DNA of 57,258 bases, filler included, from Platydemus manokwari (lineage: Eukaryota), in the NCBI GenBank assembly GCA_037951405.1. It is 5 parts of 5 records of this genome, joined end to end, with 100 filler letters (N's around TTAATTAATTAA, not from the genome) between each part and the next. Parts side by side here need not be neighbours in the genome. Positions count along the whole stretch, not along the records: positions 35,484 to 44,433 come from JBBMOY011323984.1; positions 44,534 to 57,258 come from JBBMOY010000016.1; 3 more parts are not named here. One strand, given 5' to 3'. The notes beneath the pieces were generated by a model. It was not told the origin of the DNA and made no database searches. It saw only the letters and a list, made by a program, of their open reading frames with translations. The translations under genes were made by a program, and so were the position numbers. Positions 39,863 through 52,099 of the stretch are shown piece after piece (position 1 is the stretch's first letter; every line of letters begins with the position of its first letter).

Positions 39863-40518
39863 AAATTTTAATTGATTAATTGTGATTTAATTATTATTTT
39901 CTAATAAATCTTCGAAAATTAGTCGTTTTATGTCATTTTTATCATTTATTTATATAATTCATTGATATTCATTAGTAAAAGATTTTATATCGAAAATAAT
40001 ATAATTGGGCGAAAATTTTACGCTGTTAATCTTTTTGAGAGCATTTCTACTCTGTCACATTAAAATTATTAAAATCATTATTCGCATATTTTAAATTCAA
40101 AATATTAAGCAAAGAAATTAAAATGATTTTTAGTTTCAGAAATTTTTATGGAAATTTAAATCTTAACATTAATCCCATTATAAATAACGCTCTATAATTT
40201 TATCTTTAACCTTTATTTCGTTGTTTGCAATATTTCCTATAAAGTGTTATTATTTTAACTTTTCTATAAATTTAACATGGTTCGTCGTTTTAATTTGATT
40301 TCATTGCTCCAATTTCTAAAAAAATTGAACCGAAGATATTAAGTCATAAATATTTATAATTTTTATAATGTTTCGTCTGTTTCTTTACAAATAAAATAAT
40401 TTCCGTATATATTTTTTTATTTGATTACGTAATACCGTTACATCAGGTATATAAGATGATTATTTAAATGAGTTTTCAAAATTTTCTCACTTTTTCATTT
40501 ATATAAATAAAATCAAAC

Positions 40519-40804
40519 ATGAACAGATCAAGACATAGTCAGAACTCCAATTTATCTACTCGTCAGATTACAAGGCAAACAAACGAAAGACCTGAAATCG
40601 TTCAAACAATTGAGATAGATTTATCTCAATATAATTTCACACCAGTCAATGAATTACCCAAAATGGTTTTGGGCATGTTAAAAAATCAGTCAAAAAGGAT
40701 TTATCCAAGCAAACAAGCTGACAGTAAGAAATGTTATTTGCAATTTAGCCATATATTTGACCCATTTGTTTTTGTAGAACTTCCAATCAGTTAGATGCAT
40801 TCTG
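40519..40804 (+). pseudogene. Unidentified exon-like ORF with a short intron, then a stop
   Basis: TATATAAG upstream, AAACATG start, 68 codons, a GTAAG...TGTAG intron, then KLPIS*. No recognisable homology. Confidence 0.25.
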
Positions 40805-42231
40805 GTTAAGGATTTTTGTAAACATATTTCTTTTACTTTTTAAATGAGTGCCAAAGTTTTTAGAAACGAATTGCTTTCATTGTTTTCAAATATAATTTCT
40901 AGATTTTATACTCAACAATACTTTTTTCTAAAACCATCATAATATCATTAAATGTCCATAAATATGATTTAGTTTTGATGATTTGTATGTGTAGAGATTT
41001 TCCGACAGGATCTATTTAAATTTGGGTTAAAATTAGAATTGCCATCATTTATATTTTATAATAATAAAGCTCATCAAATATTTGAAACGACTCAGAAAAA
41101 TAAGGTGCTCTTAACAATATAATAAATAAAATAAAAATGGATTATAATAATTTTATTAAAATAACCCTATAAAATGCTGATGACAAATGTGTGTGTGTGT
41201 CATGAAGAGTTGGTGAATAGAATTAATGGTGAAAGTATGAGGTACTTGTAGGGGTTTATTAGAAATTTATGACGTAATTCCGAAACAAATTTCTGGAAAT
41301 AATAAATGAAATTTACTTTATAATTTTAAGATAAATATAGTGTATGACACAATCTGAAATTTGTATTTAAAGTTACGAACTAAATGACAAGTTTAGAAAT
41401 TTCATTTGTGACAAATTTAAGTTATATTTTTATTATCTATTCTGATTTGTTATACGCGATTTTTTCAATAAAATAAATCGAAGAGATTGCAGTATTGATG
41501 AGGAGATAGGAATTACTTTGAATTTTATGGCAATTCATTATTTATGCGAATCAGTTTCGATCATGCTCACAATTTAAAGGACATTCGATATCTAATCATA
41601 CTTTAATCATTTGCAGACGAGCTTTATTCTGATGCGTGAATTCTTACTTTAATTATCAGATTATTTATTATTCCAATGACTATGCCAAGGATTATATTGT
41701 TGGGTTGTGAGCTATTTTTCTTTGTTGTTTAATCAACTCAATTCTCTTGTTATTTATTCTATTAATATTATCAAAACAAAGACACGCAAATTCTTTATAA
41801 ATTTTATTTAAAAATCAATAAACAAATTCACAATTAACTCAAACAATTTGACTCAAACTGAAAATATTAGATAAACAAATGGGTGGAGTTATCTCACTGA
41901 GATCGTGAGAACTCAACTATGAACCTTATTAAATTATTATAGATTTTTTAGATATTAACTCTGAAAGGTAGATCCTTTAGAGTTTGGGTATAAATTTATT
42001 TTATTCAGAAAATTATATATCGAATATTATTATATTGTTATTACTTTACCGAAAAATTTGATGTCTGAGAATTCTCGTTTTTCAGCGAAAATGTCGGATT
42101 ACCGAAATTTTTAAAGAGTGAATTGTGATTGAAATACATCAGCTTATATAGATGCTGAGATTCGGTTCTTTGTACCTAGGATTTTCCATCGCTTTTGTAA
42201 AATTTAAACTATTATTTTACTTTAAACCCTA

Positions 42232-44433
42232 TGTAAGGATCCTAATCCACCCACAGTGAATCATCAACAACATATTACGCCTACAAAGATAATCACATAA
42301 TTAAAATTACAAAATAAACCAAAGCCCTAAAATAGACACATGATCAAAAATGGAATTTTTAAAATACAAAGATAACAAGATAAATAAACAAACTATAAAT
42401 AGAATTACGTCATACTAAATATACAAAAATTATGATTGGGTGATAACACAACGAAAATTGATATATAAGCAGACAGTAATTCAATAAAAATCGACACAAA
42501 AAATTGAGACAAAAAAATTGACAACAAGTTTGTCCATAAAATTACTAGAACAGTAATCACTACGAACAGTTTCAGCACCGAACGCAACTATTGTCAGAGA
42601 ATTTAGCTACCGGAATCAGCGCATAGAAACTCTCTTCCATCAGATGAACAGTTCATCAATTAGGTAAAGACCGAAATATTTGAGTATTTTTTCTATACCG
42701 TGTCGATAGATTCGGTATAAACTAAATTAACTCTTCGTTTTTCTCCCATCTTTTTAATAGGTTTTATTTCATTGTACGGTTCGCCCGTATTGTGATTCTT
42801 GCCCTCTGGTTAAGCAAGCCACGCTTCGCCAGTTCTTTGTTAACAAACATGTTAACTAATTGTAATCAATCCTTTGTATTATTTTGATTCATAATTATAT
42901 ATTATTTCAGTGCGTTATCGTTATTCATTTATTATTATATTAATATTTACATTATAAACTACTTCTATCGAACGTAACCAATCGTTTCGAGTCCGATTGG
43001 AATCAACGAGCACATTAGTAAGAAATAAAGCGCAACCAAATAACACCAAAATCCAAATATATAAATAAGAAAACCAATACCTATATGTTTATATTTTTTA
43101 AAGTTCTTGAACTTAAATTTTGTATTAAATTTTCTAACCTTAAAAACTTTATTTTAAAATAATTAACCTTTAAATTTAAATATTAAATTACTTTTTACTG
43201 TTTGCATTATTCCTTTATAAATAATAATATTTTTTTTATCTCATATATATAATGTTCAGAAGAATCAGATTAAATATTGAAATGCTTAAATCGTTTATCA
43301 AATCATTGCTGGGAATTCTCTGAATTGTAGAAATTGGATTATTGGATTGTCACAGATTACAGATTGAATTCTTGTCGACATCAGGTATCCAAATCCACAC
43401 TCCAGTTTTGGGTAGCCCAAGTCTCCCATTTTGAGTTTGATTTTATGGATTTTATAGAAATTGGTGTTGCGGGTTTATTATGTCTCATAGGGGGTTTTCT
43501 TGGCTTTTTGAACACAGGTCTATGAGATGGTTTAAACACGGGTTCCTGAGGTGGTCGCTGTTGTTGTTGTTGGGTCTCCTTTTCATCATCTACCCTTTGT
43601 CTACATTCACTATAAGAGCTAATGGTGCTTTCTCTTCTTTGCTTTCCTCACTGTCTGAATAGAGCACCAGTGGATCCAAGTTTTCCCAACAATATGTAAT
43701 CTTCTTTTGATCAGGCTTGCGGGCAATATATCTGATGACTCAGAGGTCAAAAATCTTGTGTATGGGTGAAATTCTGTTAGAATCAAGTCTCCCACGTGAA
43801 ACTTTGAATTGTTACAAGCCACTGGGATTATGTAATTTTGCTACAATAAAATTTAAATTAAACGCTAAAATGCTTTTGGACTTACTGAACTTTATGTTAG
43901 ACTCTTATAAAAGTCTTAAAAACGAGTATGCTCAGCGAGTTGACGGGCCTAATTATGCCCCCAGTCCCAGGAGACACTCAGATAAGCGATTTTCCGAAGA
44001 ACCTAAGTTTTATTCTAATGGAAAATCTAAACTTACCTGGCAGGCTAAGCAATCGCGAAGGTTGTACAGGAAAAAAGTGTTCTCCGACAAGAATGACAGG
44101 TTATATACCTCCAGTCCCCAGGAACACCCATATAAAACCGATTTGAGATCTGGTGAACGAGGTCTGAGAGGGCCAAAAAATCCAAATTTTCGAAAAACTG
44201 AAAATTTCACAAATGAAGAAGATTTGGAACGTCAACTGATAGAAGATCTTATGTCAGTGCTTGAAACTCACCGATATGGCCAAAAACGTCCAATCTCCAG
44301 GGACAATAGACAAAACCAAAAATCCAGATCAGATCTCAACGCCGACGTTTCTATGTCGAAATAGTAGATAAACAAAAAGATTATGAAGCTTCCAAAAATA
44401 ACAACAAAGAGAATCCAAAATCTATATTTATCG
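42232..44433 (+). mobile_element. Probable 5' end of an LTR retroelement: LTR-like unit, leader and disrupted ORF
   Basis: TGTAAG...GTTAACA unit at 42232-42845 containing TATATAAG and AATAAA. It is followed by an intronless ORF broken by stops and frameshifts (43334-44364), cut by the contig end. Confidence 0.45.
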
Positions 44434-44533
44434 NNNNNNNNNNNNNNNNNNNNNNNNNNNNNNNNNNNNNNNNNNNNTTAATTAATTAANNNNNNNNNNN
44501 NNNNNNNNNNNNNNNNNNNNNNNNNNNNNNNNN
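44434..44533. other. Artificial contig linker / gap
   Basis: N44-TTAATTAATTAA-N44. Confidence 0.98.
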
Positions 44534-46249
44534 ACCTGTGCTAATAATTTTCTACTGGATTTTCAGCATTAAATTTTAAATGTGGACCGAAATATTTTAA
44601 ACGAAAATTAATTATTAAATTTAAAATCAAGGATCAACATATGAATAAATCGAAGTTTCCTTTACCAAGTCAAGCCAGTTAAAATGATTAAAAATAACTT
44701 TTCTTTTTTCAATTAATAATTTCTTATACTTTGAAATATACTTATTTTACAAATTATAAGAATAACTTTATAATATACCAGTTTAAGAAAATCAGACATT
44801 ATTAAAAATTTCTTTAAATTACATTCACTTCATAATTATTTCTGTGATAAATCGATTTTGCAGATTATTAAATATAATACTCTGATTATCTGTGAGCCAA
44901 ATTTCAAAATTATCAATGTATGTATAATAATGAAAAAATTGAAAAATAAATTATTTCGAACATAGTTTTTTTTTCATAAATGTCAATATCTGTGTTATGT
45001 TCGGGTTTATCGATTTTATTAAGCTTAATTTTATTTGATATCATTATTGTCTTAATCAGTCTCTATGTGCTCTTCATTAAAAACAAATGTGTAATCTACC
45101 TTATGTTGTTGTTCCTTCACCTCGCACAACCTTATTGTGTGAAGACAATTGGTGTGGCAATAGTGATATATTTTAATTAACTTAACTATCAGTCTCAAAT
45201 AATATAACCTATTTAAACTACTAAATAATACCACTGACATTAAAAAATGATTTATGATCCCTATATGAATAATAACTAAAACCTGCTACTGCAAATGTTT
45301 ATTAATAATTGACACCAATACAAAGCTGATTAACAATAGTTAGATTAAAACATGATTTGTTTTAATATTAAAAAAACAAACGGTGTGATTTTGAAATTGA
45401 ATAAAAATATTGATGGACACGACTTACGTTTTAACTACAATAATAAATTAAAAAATTACAAATGAATTTTAAAACTACACTACACATCAACTTATAACGA
45501 GCCATAACAAATTCTGGATAAAGAGACGATTTGTATGCTCCACGCTCTTGGGGGAAAATCATTTACCTTTCAAAATGATTGAGTGAAAACTCGATAATAA
45601 GAGATAGACAATACAATATATAATATAGATTAGTATTTTACACGAATGGATCGTACTGTGGGATCTTCCAGTAAAATACTGGGCCTGTATGGAATCCTGT
45701 TTTTGTGCACTGAATGATCTTCTTTTATGTGGTGAATCACTCGTAGATATTCTCTGCGATTATGTCTAATGCCAGTAAATTTATTATTTTCTCGATGGAA
45801 TTTATTCACTGATGAGAGATATTCTCCCAGATTGAATAAATTACACAGAGAAATATTTTCTCCGATTAAATCTAATCGAGTGATTATTTTATTCAGTCAC
45901 AGAATTTATGTGGGCGATTGCAATTTATTTTTAGATGTTATTGCGCGATGGGATTTTGTTATTTTATAAATTAGTTTATTATTTAAGGAATTTCAATGAA
46001 TTTTTTCTAGTTAGGTTTTACTAATACTATTATTTCAGATAAATATAAATAATTATTATAAATGCCAACATTTTAAGCTGTTTTTCATTCAAATGCTTTT
46101 AAGTTGTTAAGATAGAAAAAATACATGCTGATTAAATAAAAATTAATACACATTTCATACGCATTCATCTTTATAAAAAAATTATTCAATGTTACACATA
46201 GTTATTCAATGTTAATTGATTGTTGGGTCAATATCCCAACACTGAATTA

Positions 46250-48190
46250 TGATTATACTTAAGATTATAACTCCTATTATATTTACAAATCCTGTTAGTT
46301 CATTTAACTCTACTGGTGACTTTTTTATTATAGGTATCATTCTCATTCTCATTGGTGTTTCGTTTCCGTGACTTGACTAGTCAATGATTTGTTAACTGAT
46401 CTTAATTTTATTGCTGCTGGGTTCATCACTATATGCACGCTTTCAAATAACTTCTCTGATAGAAGTAAATATTTATGTAAATTGCTTTACTGATGTCTAT
46501 TTCCTTGTCTATCGTTTCCATAGCTGTATTTATCATGTACTGATATTTGCTTATATAGATTCTTACTTTCATGTGATTTAGCTCTTTTCACTTTATTTTT
46601 ATTTGACCTATAGATTTTTCAATTAATATCTTCCTAGGCATTTCTAGGATTTGTACTAATAATATTATTACAATATTTTCTTTATAGTCTGTCAAATGGT
46701 AAATCACTCCACAATTTAGATTCACTGAGTTTTTATGATTTTCATATATTCTATAGTCAACTGACTCCCAAAATTGTTGATTTCTTGTATTCAATGTCTT
46801 CATTATATGTGCTGTGAAAGATTGTTTATCTCTAATAAAATCAATTTTTGCCATTATACCTTATCTGCTGTGTATTTGCAACATTTCCTTTTTAATGTAA
46901 TCAAAAGTAAATATCGTTGTGAGACTTGCACATGACGTACAGAAAGCAAAGCTAACGAAGTGACCAACATAACTGGTACCCTTGGAATTTCTTTTATTTT
47001 AATGCATATTATTTCGTATGATATTATTATCACCATTAATATTATTATCGCTATTATTTCGGTGTTTCAATGCAGTATTAATTTTCTACAATTATCTTCT
47101 TCAACATCGCCATTTACTCTCCTTATTAATTCTACTAGGTACATTATTAATAATGCTTACCCAATAATTCAAAATTAAACTGTTGCACTTTTTCTTTATA
47201 ACTTTGCTTTTTCTTGGATAGTTCTTTTATCATGTTCAATTGTTTTATCTATAGAATATTTTATAAATTGTATCGTTACTGGTGGTTCACTGAGTATATT
47301 CACAATATTAATTATTTCTATTGTGCTACTCTGATTAGATACTTTATTTTCTATTAGATTTGTTTTGTTGCTGCTTATATCAATGTTCAATTGTCTGTCT
47401 ATGAATTCTCTCATTTTTCTCTACTGCTTTGTTTTCGACACTAAGTGCATATAAATATTGTTTAATTTTCTCTTTTGCCTTTTCTCTTTCGTAAATTTCT
47501 CTTATTGTCTGTGAATGTTGTTCAAATTTTACTAATGTACGGATTTCGATACTAAGTGCTTGTGATTTTTGTTTAATCCTCTATTTTCGTTTTTCTTCTT
47601 GATCGGATTTTTCTGGTGGTGTGTATTTTTTTATTTGATATTAAGGAATCATTGTTATCTATTTCTTTAGTGATTTTATTAATTTTAATTTTAGATTTCA
47701 CTCCTGGTGGCCGTATTACAGTTTTTTCTTGATCTTTTCCTTTTGTAATATTATCCTGTTCATCTAATATTTCTTCATTATTTCTTATCCTGAATCTTTG
47801 TTTATCTTCTTGATTTTCTTATTCATTATATATATATCTGTTCTTGCTGAATCTTTTCAGTTGTCTCATGGCTTTCACAATTTATCATATTTATCTTCAA
47901 CTTTCCTTCCCTTTCAAGTCTTATTCCACTAAGTTCTCCTGGGTGTATGATTATTTTTATCTTATTTAACTCGCCTTAATTTAGAATGTTTAATAATCTT
48001 TCTTCTTATTTCATCAATTTCTGCTTACAGTAGAGTGCAATAATTACTGAACCCCACTCCGTTTCATTAATAAATTCCTTTGCTATTTTCATTATTAATG
48101 TTTTTGTTCTCATCTGCTCTGTACTAGACTATGTTACCAGAATACCTATTGCTTTTAATTTCCAATTCTATAGTATTTTGTTCCTAATTG
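46250..48190 (-). mobile_element. 3' part of an old outer Gypsy-like element: integrase C-terminus plus env-like extension
   Basis: Integrase-tail-like GRKVEDKYD at about 47900, followed by a long intronless decayed ORF with three hydrophobic segments and a Cys-containing region. Confidence 0.5.
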
Positions 48191-48201
48191 GTAGTCAACT
48201 A

Positions 48202-48410
48202 TGTTAGTATCTAACACTTGGTTGCTTTTTAGGTTATATTCACAAGTCTATTAAAGTGCAAAAATACTATTTTCATATTACATATTATTCTTTTAAAAAT
48301 TCCAATTAATATAAAAATTATTTTTTAAACACATTTAAATTTAATGAATAATTTTTTAAAATATTTTAAGAGGTTACAGTAATAGTCTGAGCAATATAAA
48401 TATTAAATAT
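48202..48410 (-). repeat. 3' LTR
   Basis: Shares aagaggttacagtaatagtctgagcaatataaatattaaatat and ttttaggttatattcacaagtc with 51876-52071. Preceded on the minus strand by a short purine tract, AAGGAGA. Confidence 0.8.
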
Positions 48411-51400
48411 CTCCTTGGAATTTACTTTTAGTTGTTGCTTTTCTAACGTTATTTTGCTTTTTTCCATGTTCTCCTTTAACTCGTCTCTGTCTTTTCTACT
48501 ATTTGCTTGCCACTGTAATCTGTCTATCTTTTCCCGAATATGACTTCTGCTGGACTGACCTTTATGGTTTTTGTACTGTCGCATTCAACGTGTATTCTAT
48601 CTCTAGTAATATTAAAGGCCAATTTGTATTTTGTCTTTCTTTTACCGTCGCGTTTATGTAATCCTTAATCGTTCGAAATTGTCGTTCAATAGTTACATTA
48701 GCGCTATGATGATAAGGTCTTGAGAATATCAACTCCGTTCCCATTTTGTAAGCCATATCTTTTATTCTCTGTGATTCAAAACATTTTCCACAATCTACGT
48801 GTATTTCCTAGGGTGCTCCGTATTTTAATACCCATTGATTCTGGATCACTATTTCTACTGTTTCCTCGTTATGTTTATTTATGGGTGTCACTATTATGTA
48901 TCTACTAAACTGATCAATTATTGCAAGTATATATTTTTCTTCTCTATTCTTTCTTTCAATGGTCCGCAAATGTCGATATATATATATTTTCTCAAACGGC
49001 CCTCTCGCTTGTAGTTGATTTGGTTCTTCCTTCGTTTTTGTTGTTGCCACTTTAGTTTTTTAGCATGGTTCACACTGACTTATAACTTCTTTGATTTTCT
49101 TTCCCATGTCTTTCATATTGAAATTATGTTTTACGTTGGGTGACTTTTTCCGTTCCTGTGTGACACAGCAATTTGTGTGTGTGTTCTATCATTTCTCATC
49201 TTTTCTCTGCTGGTATCCAAATTTTGTTTTCTTTAGTTTTTATTGTGTCTCCGTCGAGAATGTAATTAATATTTCGCGTTCGACTTATCTCATCGTTGTT
49301 AAACTGCCATTCTTTATTTTTGTTTTCTGTCATTATTGTTAATATTCTGGTCTTCATTTTTCCCGTACTTGGGTTCTCATGTTTCGTTAGACATTGGGAA
49401 CATGTCGTACATGTATTCCTTGAAAGCATGTCTGCATTTCTATGATTAGGTACTTTTCTGAAAATCACTTTTAAATCCAGGTTGCTTAGACAATTTAGCC
49501 ATGTTTGAAATTATGGAGTGTGAATCTTTTCCCGTACAAATAGTGATTGAAATGCTGACAAAAGTAATATATTGATAAAAATTTCTTCCTTGTGATACAA
49601 TATCCTTTCTCATGTTTGCTCATTGCGTGAGATCCGTATGCAATGACTCGTTCATTTCTTTGGTTATCTCATTGCAATAATATTGCTCCTATTGAGCCGA
49701 AACTTGCATCGGTATCTAGGTTGAACTCCTTGTTATAATTAGGGAATGACAAAATCGGTGCTTCTTTCAGCGCTTTTTTCATGTCTTCTAATGTGTTTCC
49801 TATTCTTTTTATTTCCTCTTCCAGTATTTTGTAGTGATCATCTATCGTTTTTGAGAATATCAATGTCATCCAATTATATCATGGGTTTTTTCTCTCATAT
49901 CCCATAATATTTTTGTCGTCAATTCTTGGAATATTCCAGGTGCTGCTGCGATCCTAAACAGTATTGCCCCTCTTTCGTCGAGAATGCTGTTTTTTCTTGT
50001 GGTTCTTTATTATGCATTTCCCAGGTCTACCGATGTGAAATACTTAGAGCCGTGTAGAGTGTCTAATAGTTCTTCTATATTTGGCATGGGAAACGCTTAT
50101 CTCTCAGTTATTAAGTTTAGTTGTCGAAAATCAAGGCATAATCTTATACTCTTTCTATCTTTTTTCCATATACATACAAGTGGCGTATTCCACGAAGAAT
50201 TGCATTTTCTTATAATGTTGTTTTCTCTTAAATTATTGATTGCCTTTTCTATCCTGTCTTCTAAATTTGCTGGTTGTCTCCGATGTTTGATATTTATGGG
50301 ACTCATAAATATTATAAATGATATCGTCTTGGACTGACTTCCTAACTTGACTTTTTTGTTTTTCTATCAACAACCTCTAATCTACTGACGTTGGCATATC
50401 GTAAACGTCCACTTGTATATTCGATTTCTACTTGTTCAAGTCTCACTAATACCGTCTTATCCATGACATTTAATCTTGCGCATTCAAATTCTTTGTTCTC
50501 TATTTTAATAGTAATACTCGGTCTCGCTTGCCTTTTACCATATTAAATCTGGGGAAGCTTTAACTCCTTGATCGTTAATATTCTTACTACTTTCTTGTCT
50601 CCTTGTTTTTCTACCATCTTGTCAGTCATCGCCTTTTTTAAAATTTTTAAGACTTTTCACCGTACTCCTTTTTCTGATTATATATCATTGTTGTTAGCCG
50701 TTACAATTTGTTTTCCTAGTCTCCATTTTTTTGTTCTGTGGGAACGGTCCCGCTTGTTTATTTGAGTTTTTATTTTGTTTATTTTATTTAAATTACTTTT
50801 ATTATACATATCAGTATGACTACTTATACTCTAGTTATCTTGCTCAGACTTAGAATAACTGTTTAGTGTATTGCCCGACACACTTTGTTGGAGTCGATGC
50901 GTTCTCTTTTGGATGTTCTTAGTTATATTCTGAATCCAATTCTTGTTCAAACGCCGCCACTTGTCTATTATTTCGGTTCACCATTCTGTAATTTTGTCTG
51001 TTGAAACTCTGCCTGTTTTCATTTGTTATATTGGTGCTCTGTCTGTGATCAAACCTTCGCTGAACTATTTATGTCCCTTGTTTGTAGTTGGACCATTGTT
51101 GTCTCCCTCTCTCTAGATATGTGTAACATTCACTCTCATAATGTCCTCGTTATTGACATCCACGCCCGTTTTGACATTTGTACCATTTTTCGCCATGTGA
51201 CTTACTTGGTGACAAGCGTAACACATCACGACTTTCTCGATTTTACAATTTCGTGCTATATGCCCTGGTTTTTGGGAATTATAGCACGTCTTATTGTCTA
51301 CCTTTCTTTCCAATGGCATGGGTTTTGGCCGTGCTCTGACTACCGTGGTCTGTTTTCCTGCTCCTACCGTGTTTATTTCTCTTTCTTTATTTCTTTATTT

Positions 51401-51875
51401 ATCTATCTTTTTACGTTTTCTTTATTTGGTCTACTTCCTCAATATTTCATCATTATTCCTTTCTCTAGCTCCACATCATCTGCACAATGCACCAAGAAGA
51501 AAGCAGTTAGCTTCTCTTTAGTTACGTTGTTAGACAATATGTCTACCACCATTTTATCTACTTTTTAAAATAGACATCAGCCGGAGAGGCCATTCCTCCT
51601 GAAACGTAGGGCCTCCATCCAATCTTGAGGGAAAAATTTCTTTTGGCCAAATGCCTTCCTAAATCTGTCCTCGTACTCCATTTTGGCGTCTGTCACCTCA
51701 AATTGCTATTCTAAGCCGTCAATAACTTAAATGATAGCGTATTGGACGTGCTTTGGGATTTTCTCAGCCTCGAAATATTGATTACCCTTTTTAATAAAGT
51801 GTTCGGCGTTATCCCCCAATTTGTGTCTATTTGGCAACAGCGAATCTATGATCGCATCTAAATGCGTAGTCACCA

Positions 51876-52071
51876 TGTTAATTTCTAACACTTCGTCGCT
51901 TTTTAGGTTATATTCACAAGTCATAGCTATTAACGTGTAAAAAAATTTATTTTCAAATTACATATTATTCAAACAAATATTCCTTATTTTAAAAATTTAA
52001 ATTTTATGAATAATTTTTTAAAAAATTTTAAGAGGTTACAGTAATAGTCTGAGCAATATAAATATTAAATA
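51876..52071 (-). repeat. 5' LTR
   Basis: Ends TTAACA on the minus strand, immediately followed by TGGTGACTAC and then gag. Confidence 0.8.
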
Positions 52072-52099
52072 TTTTTAAAATATTTAATTAAAAATATTC

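Larger units (their letters stand above)
48202..52071 (-). mobile_element. Ty3/Gypsy LTR retrotransposon, decayed, both LTRs present
   Basis: ~200-bp direct repeats at 51876-52071 and 48202-48410. PBS-like TGGTGACTAC. Gag with two CCHC-like knuckles (CYNSQKPGHIARNC, CYACHQVSHMAKN), RT (SSWNTPLVCIWKKD..IRLCLDFRQLN), RNase H (APILSFP...LDTDAS; HRNADMLSR) and integrase (ILAIIDQFSRY; PYHHSANVTIERQFRT) in Gypsy order. Many frameshifts. Confidence 0.92.

Noticed and set aside
14459-44533. Four identical TTAATTAATTAA motifs, and gene neighbourhood across them
   Set aside because: Each is centred in exactly 44+44 N, so it is an artificial join. Adjacency of EXO1, PDE1, BMS1 and PEX13 is not evidence of a cluster.
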